From Paramecium tetraurelia (taxonomy: Eukaryota), in assembly GCA_000165425.1 (NCBI GenBank), contig CT868679.1:248001-312000 (forward strand): a stretch of 64,000 bases of DNA, read 5' to 3'. The first letter of the stretch is position 1, and each line of letters opens with the position of its first letter. Below, one piece after another: positions 37,901 through 55,600 of the stretch. Under the pieces are notes generated by a model. The model was not told the origin of the DNA, ran no database searches, and worked only from the letters and a program-made list of their open reading frames with translations. The translations under genes and the position numbers were made by a program.

Positions 37901-40900
37901 TGAGTCTTAAGAATCGTTGCTGTTTTCAAGTTTGTTCCATGCAATTGAAGCTGCCAATAAAGGATTAAAAGCAGGAATCAATAGTTTAGTGTTGGATGCA
38001 TCCAAATAAGTATGGAATTTATGCGCAAGATTGGAAGAGAGTGCTTAAAACAGAAAACATTTGATTAAGCCAGTCTATTCTTGTTTGAATTATTTGAAAG
38101 AATGCAAAGAAAAGAGTGAACCTGATCTAGTGTTATTGCTAGCCTAATTACTCTTTAAAAGTGCTTTAGAAAATGAAGATTACAAGTTAGGGGAAATGGC
38201 AGCTGATATGGTATTTGAATTAGTACCCAAAAATATGGCCAAACCCATTTGGGAAGCCAAAATGATTTTTATGAGCAAACAAGGCAAGAATGAATTACAA
38301 GCAATTGTCAATATGAAAGAAGCAGACGCATCTCTTTAAGCCAAGGTTTGGATCAGATTAGCCAGAGTTTCGAATAACCTTTATAAATAATATACAGCCT
38401 ATAATAAAGCCATTGAATTATTGAAGAAGGATTCATCGGTGGAAATTGTTGAAGTCTTAATAGAATTTTCTGAATGGTTACTCAGAAATGGAAATGAAAA
38501 ATAATTAGTAATTGAAAATTTAATGTAAGCAGCTGATACTTTAATTGAAATTGAAATGGAGGATGATGAGGAAGAAGAAGAAGGAGATGAAGAGCAGAAC
38601 TCATCAACCATTTTCAGCAGAAGTACAAGAGGCAAAAAGTCTACTGTTTCCAAATAATCAAAACAAAAGTCTAAAATGACGAAGAAAACTACTAAGAATA
38701 CTGTTAAATAAAATAAAAGCAAAGAATAAAAATCATAAATATCTGGTTAAAAATCAAGTAATTAAAGATTTTCAAGAGCTGCAAATGTTAGAACTACTAC
38801 AATCAAAAGCAATAAATAGAAATCAAAAATATTTAGACCACGAGAGGAGGAAGCTAATCCAAATAGATTGAATTGTGCTCATTATGAACGATTAATGAGA
38901 ATCCACATCATGCTAGCCATGATTGCTGATACAATGGAATAATCTATTCAATTTGCTATCGATGCTAAAGTATTTTTAGTCAAAATCATTGAAATCTCAT
39001 TTCAAACTATGAATGAATTTGAAGAGAATGCTGCTAAATATACAAATATCATTGACGAAAAAACAAGCAAATAACAATAATAATAGCCGAAACCTCAATA
39101 ATAAGATGATTTCTCACCCAGATACCTGTTACCTACTTGCATCTAGGATTGGATCAAATTGCAATTTAGTAAAGAGTTCCTAGAACGAGTAAAAAGCTAT
39201 GAAGATTTCAACTTTATGGGTAAGTACTTGTTTGATAAGGCTTAATTGACTTACACCTACATAAACAATCTTATTAGCATATTTGAAAAATACGGTCTCT
39301 AAATTCATAATATACCTATTTTTGTATTTTAGAAGTTCTTTGTTAAGGAAATATTGAATAATTCTTATTTAGATAGATTAATTGATGTCAAATTTAGCAA
39401 GTGCTTACACTTAGTAGGATTTCATAGTGAGGCCGATTAAATGTATCAACAATCAAATATTGTTAAATTTAAACTCACAGAATAAGAGAAAAAGCAATTG
39501 CTTGCGAAAACTGAATCTAGTGTTTTGCAATAAAATCGATCAAGACCTGCAGATATAATGGAACAGAATCTACCTTAAGCCAATATTATTAGTGAGATCT
39601 TCGTCTACACAATTCTAACAGATTTAGGAAATGAGTTAATATTCTAGGGAGAGATATATAGGGCTAAAGAATTATTGGCTGAATCCCATAAGCATGCTAA
39701 AATAGTCTCAGATTTAGAGTTAATGGGTAGAATCTTATGTCTTCAAGGTCAAATTGCATTCCTGGAGGGGGAATTCAAAGATTCAATTGAAAACCATAAA
39801 CTATCCCACAAATTGATTAAAAATGTGAGTTAATGGGAGGTCTCATCTATTGAGACATACAAAACCTTATATAAGCTTGGAAAATACGATGACATCAGAC
39901 AATTTTTAAAATAGATTACAGAAGTCTTGTTAGAAGTCTTAAATAAACCCAACTATTAACCTAATAAATTGCAGATTTACCAAACATTAACTACTTTGTA
40001 CATTTTACAATCAAAAATATCAGCAAAAGACTTATTTAAAGAATTTTCTTATGAAGCATTTAAATTAATAGCAGAGAACTTGGAAAAATCATTAAAGTGT
40101 ATTTAACATGGTGGATTTATGACACATCAGGTAGACCTCATCATTAATTTGGTCAATAAAATTCTAATTTTTATTAGAAATAGAAATTATACTAAAATAG
40201 ACTAAGTAGAAATTTACTTTAAAATACTCTAAAGATTATAAAATTCTATATTGAAACCTCTAGAATAATAGAGTAGATCACTTTTAAAGTATACTTTATT
40301 AATTGAGAAAGAATAAGAGTCCATAAGATCTCCGATAATGGATTAATAAGCAAAAATAAGAGTGATAATGGCATCTTGTTTTATTGAGATGGGATTGATT
40401 AAATGGTTAAGAAAGCAACAATCATTACCTGATCTCTAAGGGTCTGATGATGATAACAATAATGATCAACAAGAGGATAAACCTATCGAATAGTTAAGTA
40501 ATTATGAACCTCTTTAGAAATTCTTAACTTAATTAACAATTAAGATTTAAAGAGCAATTCAACCGTTGCCTTAACGATTGGAGTCTTTTGAAAAGGCTAC
40601 TGCAATTTTGATATCAACCTTGAAATAGTTGAAAAAGGATTCATTTTGGTACACTATTGCTGAAATTGAATTAGTAAGAGCTAAGCGATTCTTGGCAATC
40701 AGTAAGCAATAATTGGATGATGTTTGGGATGCACCAACATTGTCTTAAGATTAAATACCATAATAAAATGAAGAAGATAATATGTTCGATTACAAGACAG
40801 ATGCTTTGCAAAGTGCACTTAAACTAATTAAAGATCTAGAATCAAAGGGGTTCAATGTACTTAAAGCAAAAGGAGACAATTAAACTATCCCATTGGAATG

Positions 40901-42642
40901 GAGTATATTTGGATTCAAATAAATGAACTTTTACTTGAAGATGTTATATGAATCAGCATTAGACATATTAGGAATTAAAAGTCCTGAGATTTCATATGAT
41001 TATCTTTGTAAGTTCCAACACTTTTCATTTTGTGAATAAATGTTTAACATGGTCAGATAATCATTCTTTGGAAAGCATAAGATGATAGTGTACATCAGAC
41101 TGATTAAGATGATCAATGCTGAATGCGGTTATTTAAGTTTAGAAGCAATAAAATTGCTCACAGAAGCTAATAAATTATGGGATAATCTTATGATATTCCC
41201 ATTAACTGAATTGCAATCCCAATTGTAATAAAGTGCTGGTTTCCTCATAATGCAGATGAGTCAAAATAAGTCTTGTCTATATTTAGGATACTTACATAAT
41301 ACAAAATCGCCAGTTTATAAGGTCTAACGATTGCCCCTTGATTCTAAGAGCCATGATTAAATGAATCAAATGAAATCTAATTTAGATTAAATTAAAAATA
41401 ATCTGATCAAGACTCCTATAATTTAATAATAGGATTTCATCAAATTGGAAGATGATATGGAAAAGGAATATGGTAAATATTGCTAAGAAGTGGAGTCATT
41501 CATGAGCTTTGTTTCTTAGATGATTGATGAAAATATAAACACTCAAGAAGAAGTGCCGCCACCTGTTATTGATCCTAAGGCTCCTCCTCCCAAAAAGGAT
41601 TAAGGAAAATAAACTAAGGGGAAGCCTGGTAAAGATGAAGTGGCCTCATACGAATCCACTTTAGAATAGGCTCCTGGCAAGATTGACACCGTAGTCTTAT
41701 TACTGGATCCTAAATTCTTTGACTATCCAGTTGAATAATTGAGTGTATTTTATAAAGTGGCTGCAATGTCTAGAGACTTTAGTATGGCTGTGTATGTGAG
41801 AAGATTAAAGAGTGTTGGTTTCTAAGTTCAATTGAATAATAGTTAGAAGGGAATTGAAAAAGATAAACTGAAATATTTGACTTACGATTTCAAAACAGAG
41901 GATTAGGATTTGAATTTAGACGAATTTAACTTATAAAAAACATTGACTGAAGTATAAAAAACAACACCACAACTGAAATTTGAAGGAGTATAATTTTTGT
42001 ATTATATTTTAGACCTTTTCTTAAAGTAGATTGGCATCATTAGGCGAGTTGTAAAAGTACTCCTAGACAGGTTCTTCAATCCTTTGGTATGGGTCTCCTG
42101 GAGTGTTGAATATCCTATCTTCCAAAGTAATAATTGATCTTTCAGAAATAAACACTTCAAAGTTTTGGGTCATATTTGATAAGATGAATGCTAAGAAGAG
42201 TTTGATAGAAAAGTTCACATCTTTGGACCCAGATGGAGAGAAAACCCATATTTTAGAATAGAGTTTCAAGATCTCCGTTTTTTTGACTCTCATTGACGTC
42301 AGCACTATCTTAACCACCTAATGGTCTCCTTAAACAGTTGAATATCTGAGAGCGTTTGAAAATTTGATCAAGCAATTAACTGAAGATATTTATGTTGCTG
42401 CTTGTTTACAGAAATATAAAGTATTGAATTAATGCTAATTGTGATAGGCTCCGATCATCAAATATGAGGATGAGAATGGAAATATAATAGAGAAGAAACC
42501 TTAGCCAGTCGAGGTTAAGAAGGGAGGCAAGGCTGAGCCAGTTTAGGATACATCAAATTGGAAGGAAATTTAGATAGAGAAAAAGCGTATCTATACTCAT
42601 AATTTTGTATTCGTGGGTTTGCCTAATTTAAGACTGATTTGA
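34906..42642 (+). CDS. CFAP46: Cilia- and flagella-associated protein 46 (TTC40; central-pair C1d projection)
   Basis: Roughly 2,500-aa helical-repeat protein. GQFYIRAL, YGFLIYNASICVYNIIRPML, HIELAKSDLQEDLAVKAEQHIKKALQLD, WLVFNGAIYIWN and C-terminal DYPVEQLSVF..MSRDFS match my recollection of the CFAP46 family. Confidence 0.78.
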
Positions 42643-42661
42643 TTTATTTTTATTAAAAATA

Positions 42662-43085
42662 ATGTTTACCGAGTAACCATATTACGAGGCTAAAGTGTTC
42701 CTTAAATCATACAATGATGCCATCTCCTGTTTGAGGTATTAGTTGTTGATGTAATTCCTCTAGAGAAGCTGCAGAATACAGAGCCCATGTTGAATTCTAG
42801 GAACATGCTCTTTAATCCCTGGCCACAGCTCGTACAAGATAAGAAGTAATCAGAATACATAAAATAGCTTGATGTGAGAGATGGTCAAGTAGTGCCTGGA
42901 CTCAATTTCGCCTAATCTAAATAGACAAAGCTCTTCCAATTCTCTAAGTATTAATTTATACTTAATTTTACAGTCATGTGTTTTCCAAATACTTAAAGGG
43001 ATTTGAAGAATACACAGGAAGTTTCAAGGGCTTCCAATCGATTCTGAACGAAGGTCTTAAGAAGATGAAGTCAGATGTCAAATGA
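42662..43085 (+). CDS. Small (about 115 aa) hypothetical protein with three introns
   Basis: MFTEQPYYEAKVFLKSYNDAISCLREAAEYRAHVEFQEHALQSLATARTRQELDVRDGQVVPGLNF..KKMKSDVK-TGA. Three clean tiny introns and C-ending codon bias. Confidence 0.8.
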
Positions 43086-43375
43086 GATATGATCAATGAG
43101 ATTATATTATTATATCAACAAAGATAGTATTAGTATTTAAAGTCATACCGCATCAGTATGAGGTTTTCAGTTATATAAATATATCCATTAAAAATATCTT
43201 GAAGATAGACTGAAAGTGCAATTTCTTGTACTACTTTATGGAATAGAAGGGTCTATAATGAAGAAAATGTGAATTTATTTGAGTGAACACTAACACATTG
43301 ATTTGATAAGAAAAATGGCTATTTAAATACAAATATCCATTTTCAGAATATCTAAATTTATTTTATTAAAATAAA

Positions 43376-44979
<1,604 letters not shown>

Positions 44980-45141
44980 AAGACACCTTCATTCACATTA
45001 AATAAATATAATATCGTTCTTATTATTATTCACTTCATTCTTACTCTGTCTTTAAACTCCTTTATCTACTTAGATGAAAAGCTAAAGATTTGTATATCCA
45101 ATTTATTTAAATTTTCAAATACTATCTATTATTAATTATAT

Positions 45142-46637
45142 ATGTATTATAGTAATTACAAATCTACATAATCCCGCTTAGATAGTTCTGCATTAAGAAA
45201 TAAACTTGCTTAATCCAAAGAATAACCTAAGAGCTCACCAAAGTCTTATTAATAATAACTCCTAAAGAGATTTTACCTATCACAGAATCTGAGTAAATTG
45301 CTCAATCAAGGTTAAAAGAAAAACTCGATTAATAAAGAATTAGTTTCAACTACTAAACATGCGAATTCAACGCCAAGGAATGCCACTCCTAAAACCAATC
45401 GTGTTAATTAGCAAGTATCCCTAATTATAATATAATTATAGTATTATTTCGCAAAACAAAATAAATAGTAAACAACTCTTCGCTTATCTGAGTAAATCAG
45501 TAAAACATTACAAACAATGTTCAATACACCAAATCATAATATGAATAAGGATTATTCACAATCAAAATTAAATTATACAAACACAGATAGAAAATATAAT
45601 ATAAATTGCTTGGATTCTAGTAAAATAATTCAGAAACTTAAAACTGAAAATGCAGAATACAGAGTAACCACTGAGAGAAATGAAAATAACCACAAACATC
45701 TTAGTTTAGATGATTTCATCACTTAAGTGTCAAAACCAGGATATTCAAAATCAAAGTTTGGGATATCCACTTTTAAATAAGCCAAATCCTTGTCTCCAAC
45801 TAATAGGGTGTTTTCAATCCAAAGATGTAGTTATCTGACATATTTTAGACAACGTTTATTATGTTTCAGCCATGTTCGAGTCAATGAGAAATTGCACCAA
45901 TTAGATAAGCTAAATATTTAAAGATCATGCCATTTAAACTTTTAATAGCATTGATTTTTGTTTGAATCAATAGGAAAAGGATCTGAGTCATTTGCAATAG
46001 AAAATGGTCCAGTGGCCCAAGAAAAATACTTAATGTAAAATAATCTTAGATTCAAGTTAATAAAACAATTGTTTTTGATCTGGACGAGACATTAATACAT
46101 TGCAATGAGAGTAATACAAGTAGGTCAGATATCTCGTTGCCAATAACGTTCCCCTCTGGCGATATTGTATAAGCTGGAATTAATATAAGACCTTGGGCTA
46201 GGGAGATTCTGTAAAAATTATCAGAGGTTTGCGAAGTTGTCATCTTTACAGCATCACATCAATGTTATGCATCATAAGTTATTGAATCCATAGATAAGAA
46301 TAAAGTAGTATCAGCGACATTATTCAGAGACAAGTGCATTGTTACGAATGAAGGAGTTCATATAAAGGATCTCCGAATCTTAGGAAGAGACATGAAAGAC
46401 ATAGTCTTGGTTGATAATGCTGCTTACAGTTTTGGAGTGCATATTGAAAATGGAATACCAATCATACCATATTATGATAACAAAGAAGATAAAGAATTAA
46501 GATAATTGTATGATTTTCTGATCACTAATGTTCTTCCTTCATTTGATTGTAGAAAAGTCTTACAACAAACATTCCGATTAAGAGAATTTGTAAATTATAT
46601 AAGTCCAAAAACTGCTATTGATAAACTCTATTGTTGA
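45142..46637 (+). CDS. NIF/SCP-like (FCP1-homology, HAD) phosphatase
   Basis: IVFDLDETLIHC (DxDxT), IRPW, VVIFTASHQCYA, LFRDKC, HIKDLRILGRDMKDIVLVDN, NGIPIIPY. Confidence 0.92.
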
Positions 46638-46663
46638 TCAAATATATTTAAATATTTAAACAT

Positions 46664-47909
46664 TCATTTGCTCCCCATAGCCAACTAAAACAAAGTATTT
46701 TTCATTCGAATATACATCTAATATTTTGGTTAATTTATTAGGATATTCCATCTCATTAATCTTCAGTTTATCTTCTTTGATCATGACTAAATTATTGTAA
46801 TGACTAATCACATCATCATATTCTGACTCTAATTAAGCATCATATAGATACAATCTATTCTAAATGTCTCTAAAATAATATTAATCATCATTCAAAATTA
46901 ACGCTTTTGTTATCAAGGCATCCGATATTTTGAATTGATTTGTACTAATAATGTGATTACTACTATCCACACTATAAATTAAAACATTCCCAAAATTGTC
47001 AAATTAATCAACCACAATGATATCATCAAAATATGTCGTAATAACATTACCTTTGTGAACTGTATCCTCCATTTTTAGATGTCTAAATCCATTCAAAAAT
47101 GCATCTTTAACATTTCCTATATATTGATCCCCATTATCCACTCTTATTTTTATTACATGATGAGTCTCTTAAACATATTCATCAATATTTATGATATTCA
47201 TCTCTCCCAGCTTATCCTCTCTTAAAATCTTCCAACCCTCATCCAACAACTTATATTCATCTGAATCATTCACGATGAAAAAACAATTGTTTCTTAACTA
47301 TTTAATAATCTTAACAGGGTTGTTAAACAATTTAAGTTCCTGCTTGATTTCATTCATGTCAAATCTCACAATCTTCCCATCCCATCCACCAGTGATGAAT
47401 TCATTTTGAAAACTAATTATGCAACTTGTTATACAAATATATTAAGGGTTAAAGTGTTCCTCATACTCAATTAATTTATGTGGTAAATTAAGATTGAATT
47501 CAATTTCTTCTAAAGTACCTGATGACTGTTTCTACGGTTCCTACATTTATTCTATGTATAATATATCCATTTCTTTTTAGATTTTGCCAATTCCACCATC
47601 TACCCTTATAAAATTCAAGCTGGCCTCTAATTGGTCTATGTTATTGATACTGCATTTCTCAACATAATTTAGATAGCCTTGCACTTATTCCTTATCTAAA
47701 AGCTTTTATTAGAATATTCTCTCGATTGGACTTTCATAATTAGAAATCAATTTGATTTGCTCTTTAATTGATTCATTAATTGGTTAACTGAATTCCTCTA
47801 TTATTTTTTCTAGTTTTGAGAAATATGCATTTAACTTTGTAATTATTGACTCTTTTAAGGTTTGGTATTCCTCTAACAAAGAGATTTTATCAAATTATTA
47901 CACAATCAT
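46664..47909 (-). CDS. Hypothetical protein: N-terminal coiled coil and a divergent WD40-like beta-propeller
   Basis: FITGGWDGKIVRFDM and VVDQFDNFGNVLIY.. are beta-strand-rich blades. ATG at 47909, TGA at 46664-46666. Confidence 0.6.
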
Positions 47910-47942
47910 TATTATTTAATAAAATTAATATTATTTATCATT

Positions 47943-49340
<1,398 letters not shown>

Positions 49341-49647
49341 AAGTGTATATAATAAGTATTCATATTCTTTGCATTTTTTTTAATTAGAAATTTAAGTTCC
49401 AATTTTCATAGGAACCTTTCTTTGTCATAATCATCAGTTAAAATTTCTAATTTATTATTTTCTTCTGACATACCCAATATATGAAAATAATTTTATATTA
49501 ATTTTAATAGTTTATATATTGATATTGTAATGATATAATAATTAATTATAAAAAAAATTATTTTGATTCTTTATGGAAGGTATAACAGTTATTATTATCT
49601 ATTAGAACTAGCGAATGATCATCTAGTAATAGCAAAAAAATATATAT

Positions 49648-52600
49648 ATGATGGAAGCTACTCTTAAGCTGTAAAGTTTTTATTCATAATAGATCGAACT
49701 CTTGGAAGCAATAATTGAAAATGACAATTAAAACATTGAAGCCTATAACTTATTAGCCTATGCTATAAAAAACGATTTAGAGAATACGACTGATGCATAT
49801 ATGCGTAGTTTAGAAATCATGCACAGAGCATTAGAAGTAAATTGTTTCTAATATCTAGATTTTGCCAAATAACACACTTACACTGTTCAATATGGCTTCT
49901 ACTTATTATGAGATGCAAGATTTTCCCTAAGCTATAAATTACTACTAACAACTCATTTAAATCAATAAGGTTAATGACTATCGTGCTTTTTTTAACTTAG
50001 CTATGTGTTATGAAAAAGCTGGGGAAAACTAATAAGCTTTGGAAATGTATCAGCAAGTAAATGCATTCTTCTTATAAATAGTCCATTCGAAGCAATCCGA
50101 ATTTCTCGAGTGCTGTTATAAATTATTCAAATTTGTTAATGCAAATGGGTAAGCAAGCTCAAGCTAGATACACTTTAGAAAACTATCTAAAAAATAATAA
50201 AGGTGATATGAGAGCCTTGAACAATCTAAATATCATTTTAGCTGAAAAATAAATAGATTAAAAGGTTGAAGAAAATTTTAAAAAAATTAATCAGAGTGGG
50301 GCCATAACAAGTGTGTATAATAATGGTGTGTTTTTATCAAAATAAGGAAAACTCTAAGAAGCCTTATAAATTTTCAAATAGCTCGTAGATAAGCTCAAAG
50401 ATGAAGTGGAAGAACCACTTTTGCTATTATCCCATGTAAATCAAGGAGTATTGTTCGAAAAGCTGAATGATTTTGATGCCGCAATCTAGAAGTATAACTA
50501 TGTATGAATTCTCTAATAATTAGATTTTAGATAAGTTTTCTAAAGAAATAAACAGCGAAGAGTTTTTATAGAGAATAGCAGAATTGAAATAAAAAGAAAA
50601 AGAAAGATAAAAACTATTTCCTCCAAAAATTATGAGCAAAACCTAAACATAATGGAAGTAACCACAATAGCAACAATAACAAGCTTAAGCTAAAATAAAC
50701 AATTTAAGTAAAGCTATTAATAATTTAGTGAAACAATCACCTGATAAATATAAGTAATAATAGCCAGCCTTAGTTCCTATTAACAATAACAATAATAAAA
50801 AATAATAATAACTTGTTCAGGTTTAAAAATAGCCCTAATAATTAATTTAAAGTTAACCCCATCCTTTTAGCTAACAACAACAAAGATAAAATTAACAATA
50901 ATAATAGCAATTTCCTCAATAGCCACGAAAACCATCAGGAACTAAAATTATATCCAATCAACAAAGCATACAAAGTGATAAGATTTCATCTTAATAATAA
51001 TTTGATGAACATCAATCAAGCATTGAACAGATATCAATGGTGTAACCTGTAGATACTGGATAAAGATTTGTGAAGGTAAGTTCTTTAAAGCTTGAACAAT
51101 AAAAAAATCATTCAGGAGATAATTCACAGCATCAGAAGTTTCATGAAGAAAGTAGTAACGAAATGAATAATGAAATTCCAAACTAATAAAGAACAAAGAC
51201 AGAAGAATAAGGAAAAGCTAAAAATTAATTTAAAGAAAAATTTGGTTTTTCGGAATCGCACCCTGATCAAGAACCTTAATAACCCAAAGAATAATTTACA
51301 TTCTAAGGAAATTCAGATCCCTATAGACTATCTTCAATTAAGGAGAGATCTATGGAAATCGGAGAATCATAAAGAGTTAAGACTGATAAATAAAAAACTC
51401 AAGACAAGAATTAGAAGACTATTATTGATGAAGTTAATGAAGGTACTAAACAACAGAGTTCAAAAGTTTCTTTGGATTTACAAAACAAAGAGTTAGTAGT
51501 TGAAGTAGAGGAAAACTAAGTTACTTTTAAACCAAAAGAAGTTGAAAAATAAGGAGCCTCTCTCGAACAGCAGTAAATGAAGAGCTAAAAGAAACCGATT
51601 ATTTAACAAAATTATAAAGAGTCGATATAAAAATAGAAAGATGATGATATAGAAAAACCTATTGATGAATCATCTTAAAATTAAGCTAATGATAACACGA
51701 TTTCTAAAATACCAAATACAGATTCTCAACAATAATTCAAAGATAAAAATAATAAATAAATTTAAATCGCCAATTTAGACAATAAACAATCATAAAAAGA
51801 GCAAACATAATCTATTTCATAAAAAGAACCTCAAAAAATAGAAAATCCTTAAAATTAACAAAATAATTAATAGAAATAGAAAGTTAACAATTTATAATAG
51901 AATAAATCATCTGATTAAAATAACCTAGAAAATAAAAAAGATCTATTGTAAAACTAGCAAGAGAACAATTAAGTTTAAAAAATTGAAACAACCTAAGATG
52001 GTAATAAAAATTAATTTTTAAGAAAATAAAATACTAATTAATAATAAGATAAAGATTAGCAATAAGAGACATAATAAGAACATTAAATATAAAAGGATGG
52101 CTAATAGAATAAATTAGTAGAGGAAGAAAAAGAGAAAGATAGATAACTTGAATTATAAAGGTAATAAGAAAAACAGTAAGCTGAACAATAGAAAAGATTA
52201 GAAGAGGAATAAAAGGAATAAGAGAAAAAAGATAGATAATTAGAATTGTAAAAGGATTAAGAAAGATAATAAGCTGAATAATAGAACAAATTAGAAGAAG
52301 AATAAAAAGAGAAAGAAAGGTAGCTAGAGTTATAAAAAGAATAATAAAGACAATAAGCTGAATAATAGAAGAAATTAGATGAAGAATAAAAAGAGAAAGA
52401 AAGATAATTATAATTGTAAAAAGAATAAGAAAGACAATAAGCTGAATAATAGAAGAAATTAGAAGAGGAGTAAAAAGAGAAAGAAAGGTAGCTTGAATTA
52501 TAAAAAGAATAAGAACGATAATAAGCAGAATAATAGAAAAAACTAGAAGAAGAATAAAAGGAGAAAGAAAGATAATTAGAATTATAAAAACAATAAGAAC

Positions 52601-55600
52601 AACAATAAGCTGAACAATAGAAGAAATTAGAAGATGAATAAAAAGAAAAGAATAGGTAACTTGAATTATAAAAGGAATAAGAAAGATAATAAGCAGAATA
52701 ATAGAAGAAACTAGAAGAAGAATAAAAGGAGAAAGAAAGATAATTAGAATTGTAAAAGGAATAAGAAAGACAATAGGCAGAACAGTAAAAGAAAATAGAA
52801 GAAGAATAAAAGGAATAGGAAAGGTAATTAGAAATATAGAAAGAATAAGAAAGGTAATAAGCTGAACAATAGAAGAAATTAGACGAAGAATAAAAAGAAA
52901 AAGAAAGATAATTAGAATTATAGAAAGAATAAGAAAGATAATAAGTAGAATAATAGAAAAAACTAGAAGAGGAGTAAAAGGAAAAGGAAAGGAAATTAGA
53001 ATAATAGAAAGAGTAAGAAAAATAATAGGCTGAATAAAAGAAGAAATTGGAAGAGGAAGAAAAAGAAAGATAACTTGAAATGTAGAAAGAACAAGAAAGG
53101 TAATAGGCTGAACAATAGAAGAAGTTGGAAGAAGAATAAAAAGAGAAAGAAAGGTAATTAGAATTGTAAAAAGGATAAGAATTACAATAGGTAGAATAAT
53201 AAAAGAAAATAGATGAAGAATAAAAAGAAAAGGAAAGGTCACTTGGATTATAAAAGGAATAAGAAAACTAGTAGGCAGAATAATAGAAATTATTAGAAGA
53301 AGAGAATAAGGAAAAGGAAAGATAACTTTAACTATAAAAGGAATAAGAGCCACAATAAGCTGAATAATAGAAGAAACTAGAGGAGGAGCAAAAAGAAAAG
53401 GAAAGATAATTAGAATAACAGAAAGAATAAGATAGATAAAAAGTTGAATAGTCGAAGAAATTGGAAGAGGAATAAAAGGAAAAGGAAAGGTAAATAGAAT
53501 TGTAGAAAGTATAAGAAAATTAATAGACTGAACAATAGAAGAGATTGGAAGAAGAATAAAAAGAGAAGGAAAGATAATTATAATTATAAAGAGAATAAGA
53601 ACAACAAGCTGAACAGTAGAAGAAATTAGAAGAAGAATAATAGGAAAAAGAAAGATAACTTGAATTATAAAAATAATAAGCTGAATAATAGAAGAAATAA
53701 GAAGAAGAATAAAAAGAGAAAGAAAGGTAGCTAGAGTTATAAAAAGAATAAGACAGATAATAAGCAGAAGAATAAAAGAAAATAGAAGAGGAGTAAAAGG
53801 CAAAGGAATTGTAATTAGAATAATAGAAAGAATAAGAAAGATAATAAGCTGAACAATAAAAAAAATTGGAAGAAGAATAACAAGAAAAGGAGAGATAACT
53901 TGAATTATAAAAAGAATAAGAAAAATAATAAGCAGAATAATAGAAGAGATTGGAAGAAGAATAAAAAGAGAAGGAAAGATAATTAGAATTATAAAAAGAA
54001 TAAGAACGACAATAAGCCGAATAATAGAAGAAATTAGAAGAAGAATAAAAAGAGAAAGAAAGGTAGCTTGAATTATAAAAAGAATAAGAAAGATAATAAG
54101 CTGAACAATAGAAGAAATTGGAAGAGGAATAAAAAGAAAAGGAGAGATAACTAGAATTATAAAAAGAATAAGAAAGACAATTAGCTGAACAATAGAAAAA
54201 ATTAGAAGAGGAGTAAAAGGAAAAGGAAAGATAGTTAGAATTATAAAAAGAATAAGAAAGATAATAAGCTGAATAATAGAAGAAATTAGAAGAAGAGTAA
54301 AAAGAGAAAGAAAGGTAGCTTGAATTATAAAAAGAATAAGAACGATAATAAGCAGAATAATAGAAAAAACTAGAAGAAGAATAAAAGGAGAAAGAAAGAT
54401 AATTAGAATTATAAAAACAATAAGAACAACAATAAGCTGAACAGTAGAAGAAACTTGAAGAAGAATAAAAGGAAAAGGAAAGATAACTTGAATTATAAAA
54501 AGAATAAGAAAGACAACAAGTTGAACAATAAAAAAAATTAGAAGAAGATTAAAAAGAAAAAGAAAGATAGCTAGAATTGTAAAAGGAATAAGAAAAACAA
54601 TAGGCAGAATAATAGCAAATAGACTAATAATAATAATAAAAAGAAATTGTTATTAATTAAGACTAACTACAGTAACCATAGCATAATGCAGAACCATAAT
54701 CTCATCCAGTATCTCTATAATAATCTTAATTAATAGATTAGAATGCTTAAAATTAAAATAATAATAATAACAATTCTTTAAAGCAATAAACATTTGGTGA
54801 TTTATCTAAAATCGATTAGGAACCTGGAAAATCTCCCAGCGAAATACAAAAATCTGAAAGTTAACATTCAAGAAAATTTGTTTAAGAACCCAGTATCATG
54901 ATTAAAACTCCTCCAAAATAATAACAAAAAACATTCGAAACATTTAACGAAGAAAAAGTAGTTTAAGCAGAATAAATAGCTTCTCCAAAGGAAGTAAAAA
55001 TTGGAAATGATATTCCTTAATATAATTAAACTGGAACTTTTGTTGGTTTATCTGAGCAATAAATACCTGACACTCGTCGTAAAGAAGGATCAGATAATTA
55101 ATCTTAAGGTGAATAGCAATAAGAAATAAAGCAATAAAATGATTAAAAAACTGATAAAACAGTATCTAGATCATCAATTTAAAAAGTTAATTCAAGACCA
55201 CCATCTTCCAAAGGTTAAGAAAAGAAAGCTCCCTTGACATTAGAATAATAATAATAGTAGGAATCTGCTTAAACTAATAGATCAGAATAACCTCATGATA
55301 AAGAGAAAACACAATCAAAGGAGATAATATAATAAGAGTAAAATGAAAGTCAATCATAAAAGCCTTAGTCACAATCTGGAATAAGATCTATTAAGAGTGC
55401 AGGAAAAAGGGGTGAGAAAACAAATCCAGAATAGCCTTCTTAAAAAGAAGGAGATAATACCTAATAACCTGATTAAACTAATTCAGTAAAGAAATCTAAT
55501 AAAATTACTCCTAAAATATAATCAAGACCTTTATCTGGAGCAAATTAGCCAATTGAGTTAAGTAGACCAAATTCGACAAAAAACTCAGTTAAAAAAATTA

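Noticed and set aside
43143..43161. tcatac..gtatga hairpin upstream of ATP synthase beta, and gggaaaccc near 21617
   Set aside because: Stems of 6 bp or less are expected by chance, and there are no convincing tRNA or snoRNA box signatures.
52034..53803. 589-aa hydrophobic minus-strand ORF resembling a membrane protein
   Set aside because: It is the antisense shadow of the purine-rich E/K/Q repeat. The plus strand is the real frame in code 6.
52114..54618. CRISPR-like or satellite array
   Set aside because: The units are contiguous and coding, vary mostly at synonymous sites, have no unique spacers, and no cas genes are present in this eukaryotic DNA.
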